DNA of 64,000 nt from NCBI GenBank assembly GCA_013265495.1, contig MU058241.1, forward strand, positions 1,117,249 to 1,181,248, given 5' to 3'. The DNA comes from Vicugna vicugna. Its lineage: Eukaryota. Both the position numbers and the translations under genes were made by a program. The notes beneath the pieces are model-generated. The model did not search any database, was not told the DNA's origin, and was given only the letters and a program-made list of their open reading frames with translations. This document shows positions 53,332-64,000 of this stretch, piece after piece. The first letter of the stretch is position 1. The number at the start of each line of letters is the position of its first letter.

Positions 53332-54622
53332 TGTGTTTTTTTTTTTAACAGAAGAAATAGATGGAAAGATGTTATGCAACTCACCGGGGGGGTGTACTGA
53401 TTGCTAGTGGGAATCCAGGTCTCGTATCTTTTCAATCTAATGTTCCCTATCATTTCCTCCATTTTGTTTTGATGCCTTTTGATCCAAGCACACATGAAAG
53501 GTTAGTTGGTTAAGAATTTATTGTCTCTGGGGAATACTTCAGCTGATTTGCAAATAACAACGTACTTGCGAAGGTACCACATTAAATATTTGTGAACAGG
53601 AGAAGGTGCACTTCTCTTGGAAAAGCCAGGCGGTTTTTTTGTCTTCCTTTTGCGAGAATCCTTGTAAACCTCAGGTGGTGCAGAGAAGGCGTGTGTGGAT
53701 AGCGCCGAAGCTGATGGATTGAGGGTGAGCGTTCAAAGTTCCCCCTGAATTAGATGATAAATGCGTTGATTTTTTTACTATTGAATCTTACTATTCAAAT
53801 TTCACATCTGAATGATATGATTTGAAATGCCTAATGAAACGTTGAACTGACAAGTGCAATTACTTAGTGACTTCAGAGATTAGAATATTTTCACTCGGTG
53901 TACCAATTACGCCAGTCTCTCACTTACACACTAAGGGTCGTTCTATCTTAGGAAAAGCTATCTTCTCTAATGTGGTTCCCGCCTTGTGTAGACCTGCAGA
54001 GGGGAGAGGGGAAGCTGGTGTTCCATGCCTGAATAGCCACAAGCTGTCAGTGCCCAGACAGGCACGTCAGGCTAGCGGTGGGTTGGAATGCCTCTTCCGC
54101 TTTGTGAGGGAACGAGACACTGTCATCCTATCACAGAACAAGAGGGGGACTCCACTCCCAGTTATTTTAAACTAGCTTTTCATTGCGTCTGCCTGGGGCT
54201 GCTCTCCCTACGGTGGCAGAGCCCCTGCCATTCTCTGGGTCCCACCCAGATTTACTCATTAGTGTTCGGCATACTACGTGTTTTACTGCTTTATTGACTT
54301 GGCTTTTGTCTGCCTGCCCTGGAATGATGGGGGCGGGCCAGGGAGTGCTCTGTTCTGTCCACTGCTGTCTTCCCAGCACCTGGCACGGTGCCAGCTCTGT
54401 CAGCAGGTGTTCAGAGAATGAATATATCGATGAACTAAGGTGTCATCTATTCAAAGAACAAAGACGGTGGATCCTTCAAGTCCAGTGACCTGGACAAAAT
54501 AATCCAGCTAGTCAGTGGTGCAGCTGGGACGACAGTCCAGGTGTCTAACATGCTTCTTCATATCCCTCACCTGCCCCCACGTGGATAAAGTCATCCTCTT
54601 ATCAGTGGCTTGTATGGGGGCG

Positions 54623-55440
54623 TGTGGTCAGCTGAATACTGTCCCCGAAGGAGGCCCACCCCCTAACCCCCAGGACTGTGGATACGGCATGCCCATGGCC
54701 AGAGGGTTGTGTAGATGTGGTTTAGGTGAGGGTCTTGAGACGTGGAGCTGATCCCGGGTTATCTGCGCATACCTAAACTAAGCACGTGTCTCCTTGAACG
54801 TTGATGACCCACTGTGGTGTGGGTGTGTTTCCCATGGGACCCAGATTCACACTTCACTGCAGTGTGACACACTCAACGATATATGTCTGTATAGTTAATG
54901 TGTTTCTTTTTCCAGTATAACTGGAATTGTTTTAAAAAGTAATTTCTTACTTTCAATTTTCAACCTCTTTACGGCTTTATTTCTTCTTGGAATGTCATTA
55001 TTCTGCAGAGGATAAGTTCAGAATAAATTCCATACAATTGGATGAAGGAAAGCATTGCCAATACATGGGTGACAGGGCCCTTGAGGAAACACAGCTGTCA
55101 CTCAGATTTGGGTGGCATGGCCATCAGCGTGTTAAAAATGGAGACGTCTGCCGGTGCTGAGATGCAGGAGCCTCCGTGGGAGGAGGGCACTGGGGGTTCT
55201 CCCCTCTGACGGCCAGCAAGGCAGAGGGACCTCAGTCCTACAGCCAGTGGAACTGAATTCTAGCAGTGCTGGGATGAGCAGAAAGGCAAGTCTCCTCTAG
55301 AGCCCTCTGAGAACACCTGGATTTTTCTCCCTGAGTGAGACCCATCCTGGACCCTTACCTCCAGGTCCCTGGGTCGCACACTGGTGTTTTTAAAGCCTCT
55401 TAGTTGTAACTTGTTATAGCAGCAATAGCGAATGACTGCA
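54623..55440 (+). mobile_element. MLT1 (D/E-like) LTR split by an unrelated ~320-bp segment
   Basis: 5' half tgtggtcagctgaatactgtccccgaag...gtcttgagacgtggag (to ~54797); 3' half gacctcagtcctacagcc...gaactgaattct...gtaacttgttatagcagcaatag (from ~55120). Confidence 0.78.
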
Positions 55441-57027
55441 GTGAGTAAACACGACTTTTTTTTTTTAATTTGCTTTGTTTTGGATAATAACTATTCGGAG
55501 AATTGGTGTAATTGAGTTCACTGAACAGAAGAGAAACAGTTGACACAAATGTATAACGCCTCGTAGGGAGAATAATTGAATAATTAACGTGTAGAGAGGC
55601 TCTAACCTTGTTCAGAACTCGTGTAAGGAAGGGTGTAGGTTCCTTGACAGCAGATGGCGGCTGTGAAAACGCGTGAAACATCTGCCCGCATTCTCAGGAA
55701 GCAGGCAGTTCAAAGAGGAAGACTGGCAAAGACTATAGGAGGAAAAAGGGAAAAGCATGAAGGGAAGGTAGACTACCCCTCACCCCACTCTGGGTGCGAC
55801 CTTCTCTGCTCTGACGACAGAGGCCGGTGGAGAACGCTGTGCGAGGTGGTCGCTCAGGCTGCCTGGGTCAGTGTGGGCGAGAGAAGAGAGCCCCTGCCAC
55901 GCCCCCCGCCTCCTTAGCTGGAGCGTGGAGGGTCCTGAGTTCCAGAAGCCAAGAGTAGAAGCAGCCACAGTGTGTAACTGGAGTCCCCCGGGGACTCCTG
56001 CCGGCTCTGTCCCCTCAGCCTGGGTTTTCACCTCCACTGTCTGGAGAGTCGTGGGTGGGAGACAGAGACTAAGATGAAAGCCAGAGGTAGCAAGTGTCGG
56101 GTACCTGTTGGTAGCTAGTAAAGGAATGGAAGAGAGCATTCAATACTGGTGACTTTTATCGATGGCTCATCTGTTCTGTTAATTACTAGATTTTTTTTTA
56201 ATGCCAGGCTCTTCATTACCCACCAGCTGACTGCTGCCTCTTATTACAGATAGGGTGTCCGTGTACGTGAAAATCCAGCTAGAAACCTGCATCTTAAAGT
56301 ATGTGTCTGCTGTTACGCTGTCTTGGGTTATCTCTGGTTTTATATGCATGCCCCAGTGTTCGTGTTTAGGTCTGTCGCTCTCCACGGTGTCCTCTGAGAC
56401 TGGTGATGTTTGAGCCTCAGTTTTCTCAACTGTGAAATGGAGACACGAAGCTAATCAGTGTTACCATGGGGAGTAAATTGGAAAAGTCATGTAAAAAGTG
56501 GGTTTGAAACAGTCCAGCCCTCTAATATGATAATTACAGCCAATATTTAGTAAACACTGAATGGATAAGATAATAAGGCATGCTCATGACTGGTTTACAC
56601 CCCTGTGTGAGTCCGTCATGAAATTTTAAAGTCCTAGCTTTCTGCAGGCTGCATAGGATTTACCCTTTCTTAAACACTTTATCCTTTTACTGCTCTTCAT
56701 CTTTGTTCATGAGCAACATGCTCACCTACATCTATAAAATCTCAGGAAACGGATTATTACTGAGTTTTGCTGCCTTTAGGCATTTGATTTTATACCTCTT
56801 TACAATTGGCCTTTTTTTTTAAATGTGCCTTTGTGTTGTAATTCATACTAATACTTTAATTTCACTTTTGGTGGCATGCAAAAATTAATCCCATTTGGTA
56901 GCTGCAATGATACCCAACTGTTTTCTGAGAACCTCTGTTGACCAATTATGTGGTCCAAAGATTAGTTTTATTTGGGATTGGATTTCCATAGTATTCTGCA
57001 TCTTATGTCCATGGTAAGTTAACGCCC

Positions 57028-58230
57028 TGCTATGGTCTGAATGTTTGTGTCCACACCCTCAACCCGCCAGATTCCTATGTTGAAGTCCTAACCCCCCAAC
57101 ATGACAGTATTAGGAGGTGGAGTCTTTGGGGGGTGATGAGATCATGAGGGTGGAGGCTTCATGAATGGAATTAGTGCCCCTATAAAAGAGGCCCCAGAGA
57201 GCTCCCTCACCCCTCCCACCTTGTGAGGGCACAGAAGTGAATTCTCAGCAGACACTGAATCTGCCAGCCCCTTGATCTTGGACGTGTGAGCTTCTAGAAC
57301 TGGGAGAAATTTCTGTTATTTTCAAACCACCCGGTCCATGGTGTTTTCATGAGTCTGCTGTTTCATGGGGCTGCTGTCAGATAGTAAATTGTGACTGAGA
57401 GGTGAGGACGCTGCTGAGCCTAACTGTGGAAGTGGCTTTGGAACTCAGTAACGGGGCAGAGGCCCAAAGTGTTTTGAGGGACCTGCTAGATAAAGCCTGC
57501 ATTGCTGTATGTAGGTGGTTCTGGGGAGGACTCGGAAAGAAACCAGTAAGCCATTGAGACAGCCTCCGTCTTCTTGGAGAAATGTGGGTGGTCAAGGCCA
57601 TATTGATGAGGTTTCTGATGGAAATGAGGAAGTGTTACCAGGCAGTGGAGGCCATCCTTGTTGTAAACTGGCAAAGAATAGCAGAGTTATGTTCGTGTCC
57701 CACTGTCTTGTGGAAGGTCGAACTTGTGAGCGACGACATTGGATGTTTGAGGCAATTTCTAAGCAAAGTGTTAAAGGTGCAGCCTGGTTTCTCTTGACTG
57801 CTTATAGTAAAATACAAGAAGTCAGAAATGACTTACTTAAAGATTTGGAACATTCTCAGCCCATAACTGGAAAGCATGAGAGAGCTTGTTGAGAACCCAA
57901 CAGGAAAGGTGTGTCCATGTGGCCAGATACCCATCTGATAAGGAGATAAGGTTAGTCAGCCCTCTAGACTAGCCTGGACCTATTGTTCCAGACAGGGAGG
58001 AAGGCAATTCAGAGACCTTCCGGGCGGCTCCTTAAGTCAGATGCCCAGAGTGCAAGGGCCCCAGCCAGCACGGGGCCACTGCAGAGACCTCCCACTAGGG
58101 CCAGGCCCAGCAGAGCTGTGAGGCTGGGGCCAGCCCCCACCCCCCACATCACCCCATGACCCCAGCCTGTAGAGCAGTGATTCCAGCTCTGGGGAGCCTC
58201 TGGCAGGAGACCCAGGTACAGAGGCAAACA
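57028..58230 (+). mobile_element. MaLR element: MLT1A/MST-like 5' LTR (~57028-57350) plus internal sequence, 3' truncated
   Basis: tgctatggtctgaatgtttgtgtcc...attcctatgttgaagtcctaaccccc...cccttgatcttggac; then tgtggaagtggctttggaact...ctgatggaaatgaggaa...tttctaagcaaagtgtt (MaLR-int). Confidence 0.85.
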
Positions 58231-59579
58231 CTTGTCATGGGCACTTAGCCATGCCTTTATTTGTGGGCCCCTTTAGTTATTGTCCCCTGAATGTCCAAGT
58301 GTATATCTCTTGTAGATCAACTGGTTGGTTTTAAGTTCCAGATTTTATTCTGGGCTATTTTTCTTCAGAAGAAAACATGCAATCAGGAAATCCAAACAGC
58401 TTTTAATATCAGCCTTCGACAAAGCATACTTAGGGAAGTAAATTCTTTATTTCAAAGAAAGTCCCATGTCACCCCTACAGCTGAGCAGAAATGATTTTGA
58501 AATTAACCATGCCGTAGAGTGGTGGTGTTCTGTCTCTTGTTGCAAATGGTACAAATCTCTGAATTTGTGTTTCAAACTGATAAACCAAGTATGTGTGTTG
58601 AGACGGTCTTTTGACGTTCGGGAATGCTCTTTGATAGACACTCCCAGGAAAGCGTTCATGCAGACTGGTGTCCCTCTTGGGAGGAAGAACCCCGTATCCA
58701 TTGCTATGTTGTCCTAAATTTCCTCGCACGCAGCGAGAATGCTCTTACAGCAAGACCTCACATTTAGCCTCAGTGGAGGGGAACTAAGGTCTGAATTTAA
58801 GATTGGTCTTTATCTTGGGAAGACTGGGAAAGATACATTTGAATCTGGCTTTGAATTTCAACAACACCAGCAGTTTCTGAATAAACAGCCAGATTCTCGT
58901 TAACTCCACAGTAAACTTCAGGCATAAATGAGAGTTGTTGAGAATTTATTCTCCGAGGAAGCCAGGCCACATAATTTTCTAAACACTCCTTTTCTATAAA
59001 TTGTAAAATGAAAAGAGCTAGTCTGAACGTGTATTGAATAGGCACTCGGCCATGTTGTGCACAGTTGCTGCAGGAAGCCGCTAACTTTGATTTTTATCTT
59101 TGTGTATTTGATGAGAAGGAGACAAAAACCAAATGGGTGGTTTGACACTCGTGGAATGCCTCAAGTGCTGGACCAAGCTATGGTGCGTGGACAGTAGGCC
59201 ACTGCTTTCTGTGTCACTGTCCTCCACCCAAACCAGGCATAGTATTTCCTGAACTGTCCCTCGACTGTCTGTCTTTGTCTTCCCCCCAGAAAACCCTATT
59301 AGCTGGCAATAAAATGGCCATAAGCTGATGACAAATAAGAAAAGCCCCTTAGTCTTAAGTACTGAAAGCTAATTTTCCCACCAACCTTAGTTTGGTATAC
59401 AAATCACCAGCCCATATAAACTATGACAGAACAAATGCATTGATTCTGGGGGGAGTGACAGGGATTTTCAGCTCACTGCACTCTTCCCGTCACTTCAGAG
59501 GACTGTTATTATCTTTAGAAAAGTAACTGGACAGCATTTTTCATTTAAACACCTCAAAAGAGTGCCAAGTGTTAAGTGG

Positions 59580-59971
59580 TTTTTTTTTTTTAAGTTGAAG
59601 TATATTTGATTTACATCATTGTGTTAATTTCTGGTGTACAGTGTAGTGATTCAGTTTTGTGATATATATATATATATGTATTCCTTTTCATATTCTTTTT
59701 CATTATAGGCTGTTACAAGTTACTGAATATTGTCATATTAAGTGAAGGAAGCCAGGAAGAGAAAGGAAAATACCATATGATATCATTTATATGAGGAATC
59801 TAAAAAAAAAATGACACAAATGAACTTACTTACAAAACAGAAACAGACTCACAGACATAGAAAACAAACTTACGGTTACCAGGAGCAAAAGGGAGTGGGA
59901 AGGGATCCCTTGGGAGTTTGGGATTTGCAGACACACACTACTATACAGAAAATAGATAAACAGCAAGGTCC
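59580..59971 (-). mobile_element. 5'-truncated, internally inverted L1
   Basis: 59580-59730 is an antisense L1 3' end with poly(T); 59731-59971 is the adjacent upstream L1 segment in sense orientation. Confidence 0.88.
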
Positions 59972-62252
59972 GAGCGTTAACTTGCGAACTTTACGTTATA
60001 CTTTGACACAGGTGGGAAAACTCACATAATTCTGTTTCTAAGGGTAGTGGGGTTTTTTTGCAGGCCATGTGTCTGTGTGGCATAGTGAAAAAAGCCATTA
60101 CATTTATAGTGCATCTTTGGTTGGTTAAAGACGTCTCAATACTGTTGTTTCACAATCGTGTACCGTGCACAAATTGTTCCAGTGACTGCTATGGTGCGAT
60201 GCTGCATTTTGCCAAATAACTTCATTAAACAGCTGCCTTGTGCTTGCAAAACATACCTGGGATCTGTAATTACTTTTTAAAGGAGCAGTCAATTGATGAG
60301 GGGGCCAGATTGGTCAGGGTGAAGGCCGTGACCGTAACTGTAAGCAGCCTTGCTCTGAGAAACACTCAGCTGTCCGTGGCGTGGCTTCCGGGGGGTGGCA
60401 AGGTGGGGCCTGAGTGTGCTTGCTCCCTTTCATCTGCCCCACTGATTGACACAGCTTTGCACAAATCACCAGAGGGGATTCTCACTCCTGCTTTGTGTTT
60501 GCGGAAGGGCTGTGGATGGCGCAGTGTCGCCCTGTTCTGTCCCTCCCCACAATGAAGCTGAGGTTTTGAAATGAATGCCTAGGCAAGGGCAGTGTGCTCT
60601 GACCCTTCCTCTTAGAAGGTTCAGAATCTTGTGCAGGGTTGTCATTGTACTTTGATTTACTGCTCTGCTCACCACACCTTACAGTTCTTAGCACTTCCAT
60701 TCTCAGTTCCCACTGGGCCCCCATCTTGTGTAGCTGATTCTGGCACCCAGCAGCAGGCTGGCACCGCACAGGTGTGCAGCAACACAGGCCTTTGTCCCTT
60801 CTTCCCTCCTGCTGGAGGCCCCGTGATGTGCTTTGGCACTTCTGAGTTTGCTTCTACTAAACCTGATGCCCCAGATGCTCCTCGGGTCGCCTGGCAGGAA
60901 CCCGTTTCCAAGGGAGCTGTTGCATCGCAGCCCTGTTCCCTGGCACTCAGTGTGCACCAGCAACCTGGGAGGATGCAGCTCCTCCTGCTGCTGACAGCGG
61001 GGGAGGCGTCGGGGGTCTCATCCGTACCATGGGGAAGGGGAGGTGCCAAGGGGTGTCTGTTGTGTCACCCCGTGGAAGAGGGGCGGACCCTTTCCTGTCG
61101 CCGGGATCTCTGGTGCAAGGAGACAAGAGACACATTAGAGGAGTAACCATCGCAGGCCTGGGCCACGTCCCAGGTGTGTCATAGTGCAGCTGGGTCAGGT
61201 GGCCACCCAGAGGGGACTGTCCTGTCCTCTAGAAGTCCTGTTATCCTGGTGACTGGGTCTGGTGCTTAGTTGCGGTTCAGAATAAATCAGCTTTTGAGAA
61301 CTGACCTCAGCAATCAAACCTATAACATTGTTTCTTTGGAGAAAATACCCTCTGACTTCTAGACAGTTCTGAATGGATGATTTCCAAATCAATTTTGGGG
61401 CCATAATCCATTTCTGGATAATATATGCTGGGAAAAAAATCTCATGAAATCTTTGACAGCCAACAGCCATAGAGTCTTCCCTTATCGGCTGAAAGATAAT
61501 AGCTTAAACATTCCGTATCTAAGGCTGTATCTTTCCAAAAAGCACCCTAGCGATTTGGAAACCACACTGCAAAATAAAACATGTTCATGTCAGAAAAGCT
61601 CCCAGAGCCCAGCTGCTCCTGTAGGAAGAAATGGTCATATTTTAAAGGGTGATCTTTTCTGACTTTTTAAACAGAAGATAAAGTATAGTTGGTGCCCTGA
61701 CCTGCCACGGCCTCATTATGTATCCAGGCCGTGTCGCTAGCTCATCAAGTGCGTTCCTCCCCCAGCAACATCCTGGTGACATAAATTAGAACATCCCTGA
61801 GCTGCAGACTCATCTCCCCTGTGGTACCCAGAGGGCTTTGTGCCTCTGGAACATAGAGGAAACTAGAAAATGATTCTGACAAGGTAGGGTAGAACATGGT
61901 AAACAACTTATTTGTAACCTACACACACTCAAGAGCTTAGACTTCCGTGGACTGGGGTTCTGCGATGACTCGGCTGTCTACAGTCTAAGAGCCGATTTCA
62001 CCCCGGGGAAGCCAGTGGAGTCAGAGAACGTGATTGTACGTAGCTCTCTCAGGTCTTTCCCGATACGAAATATATTATCTTCTGTTGAGGTGTGTCCCGT
62101 TGTGTGCTTGACATAATGGCCGTATTCATTCCATTTTTTTATAGTAAATTTTTGTGTGTTTAACAATTTTTGATTTCATAGTAAATAACCTGGGAAATCC
62201 ATTGTATGAGTGGCAGTGCCTGCTTTGACGAGCTGTTTCTTTCCCCATCCAG

Positions 62253-62318
62253 GTGCTTTTAGCGAGCAGCTTCATGCCGGTGTACGCAGGGCTGAAACCA
62301 GTGGAGTACAGAGGGCAG
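62253..62318 (+). CDS. PNPLA4: PNPLA4 fourth coding exon (VLLASSFMPVYAGLKPVEYRGQ); the gene continues past the window end
   Basis: Acceptor tttctttccccatccag|GTG, donor CAG|gtatgt; 66 nt; ASSxxP motif typical of PNPLA proteins, which precedes the DGG catalytic motif of the next exon (not seen in the window). Confidence 0.95.
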
Positions 62319-64000
62319 GTATGTTCTTCTAACCCACGAATTAGCAGTGCTTCCCTTGTTAATATGTTCCCTTTGAGAGACATAGTTTTATCATTATTTT
62401 GGTGGCTCCAACTCAGCTTATATGTCTTTTTTTCCATAAATGGTTTAGTTTCTGTTGAGCAGAAAAGAAGCACAAGGGCTGGGGTACTTTATTGTCAACA
62501 TCTTGAGATTGAAAGTGATTGATGGGGATGCTGTCTCTCTTTTTTTTCATCTGTTAAGAAAAACTACCCTTATTTTTAAATATATAAAGGAGCAAAAGAT
62601 GTTTTAAAAATATACATAATAAAGTTCTATTCACAGCCCCTTCTGTAAAGAGCTAGGAGCAGAATGGCACTGACGGGGGTTGGGGGAAGACATCAGGTCG
62701 CCCCACAGGTGTGCTCCCCCACCGCCTCGACACACACACACACATACACACACGTCATTCCATCCCTCCCCGAGGGTTCCCTGCTGGGCAGCCAGGCCTT
62801 CACTTGCCAAGATGTGTCTGTCCAGGATGGGCAGAAACAGCCAGAGAAGACAGGAGAGCTGTCTTCTCTGGCGTCTGGCCCTGAAGGCAGGAGGCCTTAG
62901 AGACATTCAGAGGAGAGCGCGCACCAGCAGCCTGCTGTCAGCACTGCCTGAGGGCGTTTCGGCCAGCTCCCTTCTCACCCTGCACCAGGTTCTTACTGAA
63001 TGTCCACCATCCTACCCCAGCCCGCTCCACGGTGTGCACTCACTGCATAACCAAACTTGGTGTCTACCTAACACTCAACCGAGACAGGCCTTTTGTAATC
63101 AGACAGTGTCTATGTAACACACACCAGAGCTAAGTACTTTATAACCAAACACAGCATCTGTTGGACACACAAAGAAGAGAAGCATTTTACACTCAGATAC
63201 AGTATCTATTTAACACCTACTCAAGATCAGGCACATATTTATGGATGGATAAGTGCCATTTGTTTTCAGTTTACGTTGTATGCATGCATGCATAAACGTG
63301 CGCACGGAAATTGTGTAATAGCTGCCATTCATCCACTTTGAAGGCCCAGCAGAGAGTCCGTGATTAATGACTTAATGCTCTGACAGCGAAGGAATTGAGT
63401 CTTACACATCTCTTAGCTAACATAATCAGGGAACTGTGTTCTGACCTCATCAGTCCTCATGACTTTCTTGTTCTGAGCTTTCCTGGTCCTTCCAGCCGTT
63501 TACCGCACTTCTTACAGGATTCTTGGTCCAAACCAGTCTCTCCTGGAATGGCTGTCTAAAAGGGACAAGGAGGAGGGGGAGGGGGAGTACCTGGACGAGG
63601 CTGTGTAAGACACAAGGATGGGGCAACCAAGGGTGGGCGTCACGTCCAGTGTGGACGCTGTTGATCAGCCATGTGCATGGATACATTACTTGCAGTGATG
63701 TGCTTATATGCAGCAGGCTAAAACCATCTTTGTGACCAGTTAGACACATAATATGCTCTGATTTATTTTTCTAAAGCAATATAAAGTAACTTAAGCATAA
63801 GCTCATGGAAAGCCTGGTTTTCCCCTATTTTTGATACTGCGTCTCAGAGCTAGCAGAAACCCAGTTACCAAGTAGCATATGTTTGTTGTCACTTAAAAAT
63901 CTGAGAGGTGTCCCATTTTACATAATGTATTTTCCCTCTTAGAGCAGTAAAAATACTCATTTATCTTTAGATACCAATTTTGAATAAAGATGCTATCAAA

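Noticed and set aside
62319..64000. Next PNPLA4 exon carrying the WVDGG catalytic Asp
   Set aside because: No such coding sequence is visible in the remaining 1.7 kb, so it presumably lies beyond the window.

Overview
Mammalian genomic DNA, very probably camelid (alpaca/camel), judged from tRNA-derived Vic-1-type SINEs and camelid/artiodactyl-type L1 3' ends. The first ~45 kb has no recognisable gene and is dominated by interspersed repeats: L1, L2, MIR, MaLR/ERV LTRs, hAT MERs, and micro- and minisatellites. A CpG-island promoter at ~45.6-46.6 kb drives PNPLA4 (patatin-like phospholipase 4, GS2) on the + strand. Four coding exons lie in the window (47341-47520, 51907-52001, 52662-52797, 62253-62318; 159 codons, all GT-AG, frames consistent). 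The catalytic DGG motif and the C-terminus lie beyond the window end. I found no new multi-gene system. The most unusual structure is an ERV LTR with a ~190-bp internal tandem duplication whose junction holds a 41-bp piece of L1 3' UTR. Other items of note are an orphan 132-nt exon-like element at 5808-5939, a possible divergent spliced transcript from the PNPLA4 promoter, a twin-primed inverted L1, a young L1 with a perfect 19-bp TSD, and convergent CTCF motifs. Repeat family names come from recalled consensus sequences and their boundaries are approximate.
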